The notes: a model not told the origin generated them from the sequence alone. DNA of 64,000 nt from Eledone cirrhosa (GCA_964016885.1 OZ024742.1:41106001-41170000), one strand, 5' to 3'. Shown: positions 44,589 to 59,144, numbered from the stretch's first letter. Program-made: numbers and translations.

Positions 44589-46582
44589 GTGGAGAATGGC
44601 ATGTAATGAATTTACACAAACAGGACATGATATAACCGAAGCTACAAGAAAGTCTTATTTCTGTGTGTGCGTGTGTGAGTATGTGTGGGTGTGCGTGTGT
44701 GAGTATGTGTGGGTGTGCATGTGTGTGTATGTGCGCGTGCGAGCGCCTGTGTGTGTGCGTGTGTGTGTTTGCGGGCATATGTAATCAGTTCTTCAACTTT
44801 CACTATCTAACATTCATTCATTTGTTAAATATAAACTTGTTGCTACTGTCTAGATTTGTTTAATTGTTACTATATTGTCTTTGTTATTCTCTATTCTTTT
44901 ACTGGCTTCAGTTGTGGACTAATAACCATACCGGGACACCAGCTTCGAAGTTAGTTTAAGTTGATTGTGCCGATATCAGTACTTATTTAGTTCAGTCTGG
45001 TAACTTATTTGATCGATCTCTATTTCTTGAATCGAAATGTTTACGAGACATAGACAACTAAAACTATTGTCCTTTTAAATACTCTTTCATTCAGTTGATG
45101 GAAAAAATGAAAGTAACTTGGAGGTGTCTCGTTGATGTCGCCGATAGTTCTTGAGAGAATAATGTGGTCTACTATCAATCGCTGGATTTCACCAGGCACA
45201 TGTGTTAACTGTGGGCCTGGGGGCCTTGCCGTAAGTATAGCCTCCAGCCCCACATAAATCCTCATTCTCCTAATCCCACAAATGAAGCCTAACCATTTGA
45301 TATTAAACGTGTGCCAGGTAGAATCCAGCGATTAATAACAGGTCATACTATTTCACGATTGGTGTCATCGATGAGACATTTCCAAGTTATTTTCACTATT
45401 TTTGCCGCGTGAAATAAGATTCAACATAAATATGTAATTTCAACATTCAGTGTAGGTTTGATGATGTTGCATGTTGAGGTTGCTATCGTGTCATCGCTGT
45501 TATTTAGTAGACAAATGGCTAAGAAGTTCGCTTTGCACTCATAAGGTTCCGGGTTCGATTCCATTGTGTGGCATCTTGGGCAACTATCCTTTACCATAGC
45601 CTGGGACCAATCCGTGCCTTGAGTAAAACTGGGTAAACGGAAATTGTTTGAAAGTCCGTCGGATGGATTATACCTGTAATTCAAATTGAAAAGCTAGTCC
45701 TGTTACATAGTCAGGCATGTCAACCCCCCCCCCCCGTCCAATGGGGAGATCTCTCACCCACTCTGGGGTGGGTGATATACACTGAGGTTGGCAGATATAC
45801 ACTGTGTCACGTTGAGAATTTCGTTAAGAGGTACATGTGTTTGTGAAATGTTTAGTCATTCACACGTTAATTTCATGAGCAAGTTGTTCCATTGATCGAA
45901 CTACTGGAACACTTATCGTCGAAACCGACGGATGTCCATTTTTGTGGGTGTTTTATTGTATTCTCTCTCTTTTTTTTTTGTTCTTTTAGTCGATGCATTG
46001 TTTGTCCGTAATCATTAGTGTTGTTGCAATTCATCTTCCCTATTACATCGATTTTGTGTCGAGTGCCTCTTTTGTGTGTAAGTTGCCACCGTGGTTGTGT
46101 GTGTGTGTGTTTGTGTGTGTGTGTCAGTGTGTCTGTGTGTCAGTGTTATGGTTATGTACCCCTTCTCATCCTTGCTACATCGATTTAGTTGTTTGCTGTT
46201 GACGTTATTGTTGTTCCTTGCTGCATCGATTTCCCGACGTTTGTTAATGGTAGTTTGTCGGTCGGTGCCTTTTTTCTTATGTAGTGTTATAATAGTTGTT
46301 ATGTGTTGTTGTTGTCGATGTTGTATATCTAGCTACCATTGTTGTGTATTTATTATTAGCTAAGCAAACGTACTTAGTTGTCTCTAAATTATAATGAATG
46401 GGGAGGTCCCTAAGGTTAACAACAACACAACTGTCTGAAATTCTCGGGTCATCTCGACCAACTAACCCGTTACGCCAACACCTCCCACCACTTGCAACAA
46501 TGACAAGAAGACAACCCGCAACATTTAACACTTCCATGTTCACAAACAATAATGCTTCTACTAACAACACATAAGCGCAACT

Positions 46583-46613
<31 letters not shown>

Positions 46614-47338
46614 GATTGAAACAGGTATATATATATATAGATATATATATACCTGTTTCAATAATTAGACTGCTGCCATGCTAAGGCACCGCCTTAATTT
46701 AGTCGATCATATCAACTTAAGTATTTTTTTCTTTTATGTCTGATACTCATTTTATCAATCTCTTTTCTGTCGAACCTCTGATTTGCGGGACATAAACACA
46801 GACACAAGCGTAAAACACAGGCATGGACTCGCACATACACAGATAGGACAGATAAACAAATAGATATATACCATAACCCGTAATTAAAAGTTATACAACT
46901 ACACAACTCATAAACACTACTATTGCAACTACTTTTTTCCACAATCAACACCGTAGGAAGAGCGCCACTACACGGTCGCTCACCCTACTATAGAAAAGCA
47001 GTCAAATTCGCCTTAAATTGTACCTTAACCGTCATATAAATATGAAGATATTGCATAATGTAATCCTAGATTTACAAAAAAAAAAGATGGAATGCTCACG
47101 ACAGGGCTGGAACACCTTACCTTTAATCATACGTGTATCTGTTCAATCGGCGTTGACCTTGGGCTAAACTAATAACCAACAACACCACTATACTAAAACA
47201 GCAATGCCACCACCACCATCATCATCATCTATACTAACAAGTACCACTAAACCAGTCAATCGACTTAAGAAGCATTAAGAAAATGAAAGAAAGTGATATG
47301 AAATATACGACCAAAAATGTATGCAATAGTGCATGAGA

Positions 47339-47375
<37 letters not shown>

Positions 47376-47586
47376 CACATATATGCGTGTGTGTGACTGT
47401 GTGTGCGAGTGTGTTCGCGCGCGAGTTTGTAAATTCTGCGTGGGTGTGTGTGTGCGTGTGTAATTATTGTTTGCATCTGTAAATTTGCATGTTTATATAA
47501 TTGTGTACATACATGTACGTGTGTTTGCCTCTATATTTGTAACTATCTACACATCCATCTATCAGTCTGACTCTCTCTCTCTCTAT

Positions 47587-47646
<60 letters not shown>

Positions 47647-48879
47647 TTTCCTTTACCCTTCCTACGGAAATACTTCATATATATATATATATGTGTGTAT
47701 ATTGTAAGGAGCGTAGGCGTTTGTTTGTCTATCGCTGTTTTTTGTTGTTGTTATTTTTTGTTTTGGGTTTTTTTTCTGTATGGTCCTACCTTGAGAAGAT
47801 GACATTGTCCGCGGAATAAACGGGTAGAAAGAGATTAAGTGATGAGATGTAGAGTCCGTCTGTGGAGATAACACACGAGCGATGCACACTTCACGCTTGA
47901 AAGGAGTGATAGTAGAAGCTGATAGACAGAAAGAAAGGGTAGATGGTAGAGAATAGAGAAAGGCAGTGAGGGAAGAGGGGGAGGGGAAAGGAAAAGAGAC
48001 AGCAGAAAAGCGTAGAGAAGAAATACTGACATGGAGAGATAGAGAGAGGGGGTGGATAGATACAGAGGAGGAGAAAGTAGGAGAGGGGGAAATAAATAGA
48101 GAAGAGAGGGAAAGAGAAAGAGAGAGAGAGAGGAAAAATAGAAATGTTGAAATGAGATTAGATTAGATTAATAGACTTTCAAATAGAAAGACTGATAAAA
48201 GAAGAACGAGAGAATAAAGTAGTCACTTAGGGTACACAGATGGATAGAGAAACAAAATAACTTAGATATAGTTGAATGGTATTGAGAAACAGACGGTAAC
48301 AGACATAATATAGACGTACTCACGACTATCCCATAAGTAAGGTATACACACACACACATATGTGTGCATATATAGATATATACAATGATATTAAATAAAT
48401 GGAAACTATATTTATAAAACCATATTTATTCTATTATATATATTTCAAGGGTTGAATATTTACTCCAGAAACTGTCGAGTGCTTTGAATCAGTTATAAAC
48501 ATTTATATTTGTTGAATTTCCAACAAATTAAATATCCCTTCTACTTATATATATATATATCAGGACTTCCTGATATATATATATATATATATATCAAAAT
48601 AGTGTTTCAAAATAGCCGTCGGGGTTAAACATTTTCCTATATATACATATATATATGCTTGTGTATATTCTGTGATTGGGCGATAGGTAAAAAAAAGAGC
48701 CGAGTGGTGCCGGGCTATAAGTCGAAGACTGCTCGACTAATGTAGTAGGAGCTAAGGAGATCAGGATTATAGCAGTTTTAAACTAATAAGACCATTTTAC
48801 AACAGAGCACTCGATACTGGGGATAGTAGAGTGTCCAAGCCCAATGGCTGAGCTCTTGCCGTTTCTACTGCAAATTCCA

Positions 48880-49170
48880 GTCGTGGCTTTGTGGTTAGGG
48901 TATTCGGCCCACAATCGTAAGGTTGTGAGCTCGATTCCCGGTGGCGCGTTGTATCCTTGAGCAAGAAAGTTTATTTCATGTTGCTCCTGTCCACTCCACT
49001 GGCAAATATGAGTTGTGTCTCTAATTCGGAGGGCCAGCTTTGTCACGTTCTGTATCACGCTGAATCTCCTGGTACGTGTGTCTGTGGAATGCTCAGCCAC
49101 TTGCACGTCAGGGCTGTTCTGTTGATCGTATCAACTGGAACACTCGTTGTCGTAACCGACGGAGTGCCCA
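48880..49170 (+). mobile_element. tRNA-derived SINE, second family; relatives 45500-45930 (+), 42780-42940 (-), 15325-15470 (-), 25600-25730 (-)
   Basis: A box tggctttgtggttagg, B box gctcgattccc, followed by ccttgagcaag core. Confidence 0.75.
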
Positions 49171-49222
49171 GTTATCATGTATGTATGCATATGTGTGTAT
49201 GATTTATAATATTAAAAGATAT

Positions 49223-49300
<78 letters not shown>

Positions 49301-49344
49301 TAATTCAAAATATTAACAAAAATAGACATTCGTGTGATCAAGTA

Positions 49345-49411
49345 TATTTTATTATACATATTTCAGAGGTACTGAGCTATCTTCAATAGTACGTCCTCAT
49401 CAGATAAAATA
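49345..49411 (-). ncRNA. Type I hammerhead, same family as 33762-33828
   Basis: Near-identical reverse complement; flanking 49300-49500 matches 33570-33870. Confidence 0.75.
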
Positions 49412-49591
49412 AGATAATGCATGACATACCCTGACTTACCATCAGTTGAGTGCTTCCAATCTATTGTAAAACTCATTCTTTGATTTATTCATTGAACCTT
49501 GTTTAGAAAAAATCCTGGTGTATTTATTTGACATTGGATTTTAAAAAACCTAGGTTTTTAAAATCCAATATCAATAAATACACCAGGATTT

Positions 49592-49652
49592 TTTCATTCT
49601 GATGATTGAAAGCAAAATTTGTTTGCTTTCAAGAAACCACTGGTAAATGAAA
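49592..49652 (+). ncRNA. Type I hammerhead ribozyme, fully paired
   Basis: TTTCATT-CTGATGA-TTGAAAGCAAA ATTTG TTTGCTTTCAA-GAAA-CCA C TGG-TA-AATGAAA; 7-bp stem I, 11-bp stem II, GUA site. Confidence 0.9.
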
Positions 49653-49674
49653 TAATTGCCTGATGTTTATTACA

Positions 49675-49746
<72 letters not shown>

Positions 49747-50244
49747 TGTAATAAACAACATCAGGCAATTATTTCATTTACCAGTGGTTTCTTGAAAGCA
49801 AACAAATTTTGCATATATATATATATATGATATTTAATATTGTTATACTTTGGGAGGGTCATGCTGCCAATATAAACACACGCACCTGATGGTTTTCACT
49901 TCAATTTATTACAAATTTTCAGTTGGTTATTTTAATAACCGGATGGTTGTTTATTTGTTTATCGTCAAAGCTCTTTTGTCACTCATTCTGTGACCTCCTC
50001 AGTGACTAATTTGTTATTTTGTGTCTATCTTTTGTTCTGTCCTACGCCATACCCCCCCCCCTCCAAGTATAACAACATGTTTCAAGATCTTATCAAATAC
50101 AAAAAACGAAATATATTTAATACATATTCATATATATACACTATATTTATATACATGTAACATGATATATACATATATAACGTATATAAATATATATATA
50201 TATATATATTATATTGTATTTATATATTATATTGTATTTATATG

Positions 50245-50768
50245 GAAAAAATGAAATTTCATTTCTCACTCTTAGTACGGCTGATACTTAAATATAAGTA
50301 TGTATACGTACATACATATATGTATATAGACGTACAGTAGTATGTATATATATACATACATGCACACATATATATATATGTACGTATGGGTTTACCGAAC
50401 ATTTATTATAATGTTCGGTTTGTTTGTAAACAAACAGCCCGAATTAAGCCGTACAGTGTTCGGCAACCATCGTTGCCCTTTTGTTCAACATTGACAAAGG
50501 AACGATGAACTAGTTTCTAGCTTATTAGCTGTCATCAGCACCGTATACTTTCCTGTCAATCGATTGAACGTTTGAAAGTATATACTTTCCTTATGCACAT
50601 TAACGGCTGAACAGCCTAATTTGCATATCGAGTGAGTTAGTCGGCCGGGCGTACCGAAAACGATAAATGGAAAAAATGAAATTTCATTTCTCACTCTTAG
50701 TACGGCTAATACTTAAATATAAGTATGTATACGTACATACATATATGTATACAGACGTACAGTAGTAT
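50245..50768 (-). repeat. Diverged member of the 472-bp family (unit ~425 bp, ~1.2 copies) with a hammerhead at 50501-50544
   Basis: atgaaatttcatttctcactcttagta at 50251 and 50676. Minus: ACGGTG-CTGATGA-CAGCT AATA AGCTA-GAAA-CTAG-TT-CATCGT. Confidence 0.85.
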
Positions 50769-50829
50769 TATATACTAAATGTTTATAACTGATTCAGAGC
50801 ACTCAACAAGTTTTCTGGAGTATAATATT

Positions 50830-51140
50830 CAATGATATTAAATAAATGGAAACTATATTTATAAAACCATCTTTATTTTATTAAATATATTTCAAGGGTA
50901 CTAAAACTTTGGTACGCTCTCATCAGATAAAATACAAAGTTTGTTTTATAAATGTTGACATAACCAAGAAAAGATACCTTAACGGTTCAAGAAAAACTTT
51001 TCTTGGCTATGTCAACATTTATAAAACAAACTTTGTATTTTATCTGATGAGAGCGTACCAAAGTTTTAGTACCCTTGAAATATATTTAATAAAATAAATA
51101 TGGTTTTATAAATATAGTTTCCATTTATTTAATATCATTG
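50830..51140. repeat. Long inverted repeat (~143-bp arms) with hammerheads at 50874-50934 (-) and 51036-51096 (+)
   Basis: TATTTTAT-CTGATGA-GAGCGTAC...GTACCCTT-GAAA-TATAT-TTA-ATAAAATA on both arms. Confidence 0.88.
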
Positions 51141-51164
51141 TATATATATATATGTGTGTGTGTG

Positions 51165-51219
<55 letters not shown>

Positions 51220-51254
51220 TGTGTGTGTGTGATATGTGTGTGTGTGTGTGTGTG

Positions 51255-51326
<72 letters not shown>

Positions 51327-51631
51327 TGTATGTGTGTGTATGCCAATATTGGGGCATTCCAATATAGATCCTGCTAAAGATGAGAGAAGCACGATGCTGT
51401 TCAGTTTCCTTGATACGGAAATAATCCGAAATCGGCTCAGGACTCTCTCTTGCTGTCCAGGATACGGGCTGCAGAGCTCAATTTATCAATAGAAAAAATA
51501 ACCAAGTTTTACTTAAAACATATTCTACATATGTTTCAATAGAGAACGTACCATAAAACTAACATATACCTCTATACCTATATCGTGGTATAATCCACTG
51601 CCTTATATTGAAACATATATAGAATATATAG

Positions 51632-51694
<63 letters not shown>

Positions 51695-51701
<7 letters not shown>

Positions 51702-53465
51702 TAAAATAACAGATTAAAGTTTAAGCAAAAAATCGCTGCTTTCACCCTTAACGGGATCTTCTGAAACTAACAAAGTTAATCTGTGAACTCAGAAGTGAAT
51801 ATTTCAAAAAACGTTGCAACGGGAGGAAAACAGGAAGACGATACTTTGGTTCGTGGAAACGTTCCCTGCCGAAGAACGGGAAAAAAACGAATATAATACA
51901 TAATTATTTGGAGCGGTGAAAAACAATTACACGCAAAGACAAAACCACGTTTATGGTATAAAAGAAGTCGTAGACTAATATTCTATTAGGTGGTTCATAG
52001 AGACGTTCTCTGGCAATGAACGGAAAAAACGAAGATAATACGTCATATGTGGAGCGTGGAGAACAATTGCACGCAAATACAAAACCACGTAAATGGTATA
52101 GCTGAAGTCGCAGACTAAATTTCTAACTAGGAAACCGAATGATTCTCGGCTTCAGAGTTAAGAATAAAGTAAATAAAATACAGAGTAATTGAAATTAAAC
52201 AAATACATACACGCCCTCCATATACGTACATACACAAGCATACGCTAAAACACTCACAATAGGTATACAAATACACGCACATATATATATATGTGTGTGT
52301 GTGCGCGTGTATACAAATAATTAAATAAACATATAAATAAATAAATACGTATATAACGCACGCACACACATACCTACATGTAAATACACATATGTTCGGA
52401 GACGTACGTCAACCAAAACACGAAGTACACATATACACACACACTACATACGTACGAACCCGCATACTCACACAGACGCAAAACTCACGTATACACATAA
52501 CCAAAAGCATATGTACCAGAATATATAAAATATACGCCAAAACATATACAATCAAATATACGTACGAGAAAGTATACGTACCTTCACAAAACATACAGGT
52601 AATATATACTTACCTATACAAATAAGTAATGGTATAAACATAACATATACTTAGCTACCACATCAAGACGTAAAATATCCGCGTATAGATCGTACTATCC
52701 GTTAGGGTATAATGTGGGGCTGTAATACAGGAAAGTTTTGTGCAATTTATGTTTTCAAACCGATATTGCCTCAGATTTTTTGTTTAAGATGTGGTCTTTG
52801 GCGTAGAGTATTTCCAGGGCCTCAGCAGCGCAGAGGTCACATGGTCTTTTATTTCCGTTATACGATCTAGCCCTGGCTAAGATCTCCCAGTGTAACTTAA
52901 ATTGGGTGTGGTTGTCTTTTAGACTCCAGATATAAGCTGAAAGTGACGTCATATTCCTTCTTAGAGGGTAACGAAAAGAATGGGTATGCATGTAAAGACG
53001 CTGCTTGAATCTATTGGCGATGAACCCTATGTAGGCCCTACGGGACATGGGTGTTTCAACCTTACATTTGTAGACAATGTTACTAGAGAGGCATTTCTCG
53101 GATAGGGGGCAGTCAACCCGATTCCTACAATTACAGTTAGTACTAACTACAGGGTTGCACGTGTTCCTACGGCTAGGTAGTTTAGCGAAATTTGAAGCTG
53201 TGATGTTATGTGCAAGGTTATGAGTCGTAGAGTAAGAAATTTTAATAGTATTTCTATTAAAAATTTTACTATATTTATGTGTAGGGGGAAATGCTTCGTA
53301 ATAAGGGAGAGAAAGATCTTAGCTAATGGTGTGGCCACCTCCATATTATATGGTGGGTTATACCATATAATGCGTCGGGATCTATTCTCGTACTCTGTAT
53401 ATGCTACGTTAAGGGTGAAAGCAACGATTATTTGCTTAAACTTTAATCTGTTATTTTAATAAATA
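51695..53465 (-). mobile_element. Penelope-like element (same family as 26545-28870) with an inverted terminal segment
   Basis: ORFs 52755-53048 and 53147-53344 (GIY-YIG and linker, frameshifted); 53407-53465 is an inverted copy of the 3' end at 51695-51752. Confidence 0.88.
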
Positions 53466-53597
53466 TTTGCTCTACGGTTCTTATATATTTGATATATATT
53501 TATCCTTATCGAGCCCTCTTTGGATTTTAGTCTTCAAATTTATTATTATTACTATATATATATATATTATATATATATATATATTTAATATATATAT

Positions 53598-54346
53598 ATA
53601 ATATAAAGCTGACGGCCGTATGTATGTAACAAACTTTTCGCCAAACGGCTGGACCAAACAGCACCAAATTTTCATCATAGATGTAACTTTTTCCAAGTAA
53701 ATAAGTGACGGTATTTTTGTTTACTGAATTTTGTTAAAAGATTAAAGACATTATTTAAATATTCACTTCTTTAAAATTTCAAACAAAATATAAACAAACC
53801 TATTTATTTCACGAAAGCACAGACGGCTTATCGTCATTGTTACTGCCGATATGCCATCCAAAAAGTCCCAATTTGGCCGCAAGATCAGATTTTCCAGAAG
53901 AAAAAATGTTACTAGAGCAAGAGAGTCTGAAGATGATCATGAACGTCGCATTCATCAGATGAGGACTCAAGCGAGAGCCATTCGATCAGCCCAGTCTCAA
54001 GAGCAGCGCCAGTCTCGCCTTCAGCAACTGAGGTCCCGTGCTGAAGGCAGGAGACCAACACAGACAGAACAAGCCAGATTGGAGCAGATGAGTTCACAAG
54101 CTGATTGCATCAACATTGCATTATAGCATCAGTGTGTCATACAGGTCCTTGCAAAACTGAGTCCGATTTTTAACTATTCAAATCCAACACCAGAGCACGT
54201 TAACCCCCACCTCCACCTCCACAAATACATACACCCTCGCTGACTTGAGAGGGAGTGCGGTATCTTTGCACTGGAGTGGAGGAGGGATTCCTGAAAAGAT
54301 AAAATGCCGGTATACCTAGCCGACGCCAGCCGGACGGGCCAGCTAG
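53598..54346 (+). mobile_element. Non-autonomous Helitron with a RepHel N-terminal remnant
   Basis: ORF 53851-54126 (MPSKKSQFGRKIR...EQRQSRLQQLR) resembles the R/E/Q-rich Helitron N-terminus; 3' GC-rich gccggacgggcc followed by CTAG|T. Confidence 0.65.
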
Positions 54347-54367
54347 TATATTCTATTTATAACGCCT

Positions 54368-54426
<59 letters not shown>

Positions 54427-54559
54427 TACAGTTATATCTATATAAATACAGAGTATGTAACCGAGGCTGCACCAACGTGTATAAATATATACACATATCT
54501 AATATGTTGGCATCTAAATATGCCAGGAAATACGAATTTCCTTGTAAATTAAAATAAAT

Positions 54560-54618
54560 GACAAACATCTTTAATCGATTTTCGGATCTAATTGGACCCT
54601 CATCAGAAAACGTGTGTC
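54560..54618 (-). ncRNA. Type I hammerhead ribozyme
   Basis: Minus: GACACACGTTTT-CTGATGA-GGGTC CAATTA GATCC-GAAA-ATCGAT-TA-AAGATGTTTGTC; 12-bp stem I with 1 mismatch; UUA site. Confidence 0.85.
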
Positions 54619-55914
54619 TCATCCAAGGAAACATGTATCGAATGGGTATATATATATACCCTTTCGCTCTTAATATTATTCTGAAATAGACGTACTAATT
54701 TGTATATAGTTAGCGCTCGTGTTAGTAATTAATTAAGATATATATTAAGAAATACGCAAACAGGCGAAGTGTCACTCTCTCTCCTTTCCCTCCCTTTTCT
54801 CTCTCCATTCGTCTTTCTCTCTCTCTCCTTCTCTCGAAGAAATCAGCTGTGTTTAGACATGGGGAGGGCATTGACTCTGCCAGACTTTAAATGACCAAGA
54901 AACACCGTATGTTACCACGGCGTCCTTTCAACTTAACCAGGATTACATGCATACATACTAAACCACGATATAAAGCTTTTATACAGTTTTATTAAATACT
55001 GGACGTCTGTTACTGTTCAGTCCGTCCGTCTGTAAGTGTGTATGCACTCATTTCGAGACTGATGCTGTTGATGTCCAGTTTAAACTGTTGCCAGTTGACT
55101 CTTGCAGGAAATGAATTTCACAAGGACAACGTTCTGGGAGTGGGGACACTGGATGTATTGTTTAGTATACGGCCTTGAAAGTTCAACACAATATGGGTGA
55201 TGAGAGGATATGGGAGCAGAAGCATAACTAGGGAAAATAGCGCCTATGGCAAGCAGTGAAATTGCGCCCCTGTCCAACACTGCATTTTTACCTATGGACC
55301 GAATAATTTATATAAATGGGTTAATGATCCAACCACCATAGTGTTCTCACCCGTGATAATAAGAGACAGATTATACATCTGAAGGAGTTTCTTTTTTCAC
55401 TCTCCGGCGAGGCTTATTTGACTTTAAGAGAACTTGCTGCTACTCCAAGTGGCGCTCCGTCCGACGGGGAGATCTCCACTTTGGGTGGGTGAGAGATGTC
55501 TTCTCTTGTGAAAATGGGTATAACTTTCACTATGTAAAATCTCCCCATTTTGCCTCATTTCTCCCCGTTTTAGAGCACTTTTTTCATTATACTCCCCCGT
55601 TTGGTTGGGCTTTTAGAAGTTGACTGGTCAACTTCTAAAAGCCCAACTACCACATTATGGGACAAAATGAAGAATAAACATGGACACACGCACGCACACT
55701 CACGCACATACACACATGCACACACACACATACATAGTGAGTCTAGACATTGTGATACAAATAACCTCGTTGACTTGATGGCGGAGAATCAGAAAGTGTA
55801 AATGATAGGGATATAGAAGGCGCGGGAATTAGAATGAGACCGTAATGTAAACATATACTGTTACGGGTAGACAGAAGTGGGAGTGCAGTAAGGCTATCGG
55901 GTAGATTTCACTGC

Positions 55915-57200
55915 AATTGAGGAATTGAGAGAGAGTGAGGTATGTAGTGGAATATAGAGAGGGTGAGAGAATTTGGTGGTCTAGTGAGAGAGGGGTAATT
56001 GTGAGAGAGAGTGAGGTATGTAGTGGGATATAGAGAGGGTGAGAGAATTTGGTGGTCTAGTGAGAGAGGGGCAATTGTGAGAGAGAGTAAGATATGTAGT
56101 GGGATATAGAGAGTGGGAGAGAATTTGTTGGTTTAGTGAGAGAGGGGGTATTGTGAGAGTGAGAGAGTGTGAGGTATGTAGTGAGGTATAGAGACGGTGA
56201 GAGAATTTGGTGGTCTAGTGAGAGAGGGGCAATTGTGAGAGGGCGAGGTATTTAGTGGGATATAGAGAGGGTGAGATTGATTGATGGTCTAGTGAGAGAG
56301 GGGGAATTGTGAGAGAGTGAGGTATGTAGTGAGGTATAGAGAGGGGGAGATTGATTGATGGTCTAGTGAGAGAGGGGGAATTGTGGGAGAGTAAGGTATG
56401 TAGTGAGGTATAGAGAGGGTGAGAGAATTTGGTGCTCTAGTGAGAGAGAGTGAGTTATGTAGTGGGATATATAGAGCGAGAGAGAATTTTTTGGTTTAGT
56501 GAAAGAGGGGGTATTATGAAAGTGAGAGAGTGTGAGGTATGTAGTGGTATATAGAGAGGGGAGAATTTGTTGTGGTTTAATTGAGAGAGGGGGAATTGTG
56601 AGAGTGAGAGAAAGTGAGGTATGTAGTGGGATATAGAGAGGGGCAGAAAATTTGGTGGTATATTGAGAGAGGGTGAATTGTGTAGTGACATAAAGAGAGG
56701 GGCAGAGAGTGTTGGTGGTATAGTGAGAGAGGGGGAATTGTGAAAGTGATAGAGAGTGAAGCATATAGTGGGTGGGATATAGTGAGAGGGAGAGAGTTTG
56801 GTGGGCTAGTGAGAGAGTGGAAATTACGAGAGTGTTAGAGAGTGGGGTATGCACTAGTATATACAGAGGGGAGAGAATTTGGTAATCTAGTGTGAGAGGT
56901 GGAATTGTGAGAGAGTGGAGTACTTAGTGGGATATATAGGGTGGCAGAGTTTGATGGTTTTGTGAGAGAGGGTTAATTGTGAGAATGAGGGAGTGTGAGG
57001 TATGTAGTGGTATATGGAGAGGGGGAGAATTTTTTGTGGTTTAACTGAGAGAAGGGGAATTGTGACAATTAGAGGTATGTAGTGGGATATATAAAGAGAG
57101 TTTTGTGGTTTAGTGAGAGAGAGAAAATGTTGGTCTGGTGAGAGAGAGTGACGCATGTAGTGGTATATAGAGGGGGTAAGAAAGGTATAATGTTTTCGTG
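55915..57200. repeat. ~76-bp purine-rich minisatellite, about 16 copies, degenerating rightwards
   Basis: gagagtgaggtatgtagtgg recurs at 55931, 56007, 56083 and onward. Confidence 0.9.
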
Positions 57201-57362
57201 AGAGAGAGTGACAAAATAATGTAAGAGGAAGTAAAATATTGGGTTTCACATTAAAGTGGCTGTGTATGTGTGTATGTTTATATGTATATGTGTGTATATA
57301 TATATATATATAAATGTGTCTGTGTTTGTGTTTTTATATATTTGTGTATGGTTGAGTGAGTT

Positions 57363-57478
<116 letters not shown>

Positions 57479-57648
57479 TGAAGTTTCCGTTGAAATTGGA
57501 AAAGTCAGAGGAATGAAGAGTGCTCTATGTAAGTTACAGAGCTAAATATTTAATGTATAATAAACAATATAGTATAATTACCTCATTACCAGAGGTTTCC
57601 CGAATAAGACGAATACAAGAAATGTCCGCATTCGTTCATCAGACAAGG

Positions 57649-57770
<122 letters not shown>

Positions 57771-57956
57771 GAGTATATATATATATAATCATGTTCACTT
57801 AAAAATAATTTTTAAATAATCAAAATATACACAGACATGTATATAATGTAAAATGAAATTGAAAGGCCCATATATGTGTGTGTATACATATATATGTGTG
57901 TGTGTATATATATATATATATGGGTGTCTGTGACTTATATACCCTGGTCACACACA

Positions 57957-58023
<67 letters not shown>

Positions 58024-58688
58024 AGGATGAATATAAAATGAAAGTGCTTTTGTTAAAAAAGGAATTTATTAGGTATTGACATATGTTTCTGTAACAGACC
58101 GAATATATAGTATAATTACCTCATTACCAGAGGTTTCCCGAATAAGACGAATACAAGAAATGTCCGCATTCGCATTAATACTACTGCACCAAATGACCAG
58201 CCCTGTCCACTGTCCAGTTGGTCAAGTAGAGATTAAAATTGGCACTCCCAAAATTCTTATTTAGATTTACTCATGGTATTCTCATTAAAAACCCATTATA
58301 TACTTGTTTAGCAGTAAATTATTTTACTATCTGTCATATTCTATCCCCTCTGTTCCTTCCTCTTTTACTAATATAAATACTTCAATTTTTCTGATTTTAT
58401 CCAGTTTATCCAAAATCTCTGAAGAAGTGACAACTGATTATACATTTGCTATCGAATACTTGCTAACATTATATGATTACGCAAGCAGCGATACATAGGT
58501 ATTCGGTCTGTTACAGAAACATATGTCAATACCTAATAAATTCCTTTTTTAACAAAAGCACTTTCATTTTATATTCATCCTTTCTACATTTCTCCGGAAT
58601 ATAATTTATACTCGTTGAGCAAACCTGCACGTACGCTGTTCATCTCTAACGTAACGATATATTATCACTACATTATTGATAACCTAAA

Positions 58689-58723
<35 letters not shown>

Positions 58724-59090
58724 GCACACACTTAGAAACCCTTCCTATTTAGCAGGAAATATTCGCTACACACATCCTGTCCTAACACAAGTTACATGAT
58801 ACATATGACTTAATATTCAAATTTGATCTAGATACAGTCATTCTTTGAATCACCTGTTATAATTATCACACACACACACATATATATATATATAAACATG
58901 AGAAGAAAGAAGAATACTGCGTGGTTTGCACATGGGTTACATATGATAAAAATAGTCCTTCGTCAGTGATTTTCCAACCATCATTGGTATTTCATCGCAT
59001 TAAAAATCAGATACCTCAGGTTGGTGCGAGCAATAACTAAAAACAGTTATTGGGACCAGAATTCGCGTAAGGCGAGGGGGACAATTAAAC

Positions 59091-59123
<33 letters not shown>

Positions 59124-59144
59124 GGGTGGGTAAAATTCCCGAGA

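Noticed and set aside
49962-50008. Minus-strand CTGAGGA-GGTCAC...GTGAC motif, and a similar one at 38252-38280 (+)
   Set aside because: GAAA core is mutated; at best dead relics, so not called as features.
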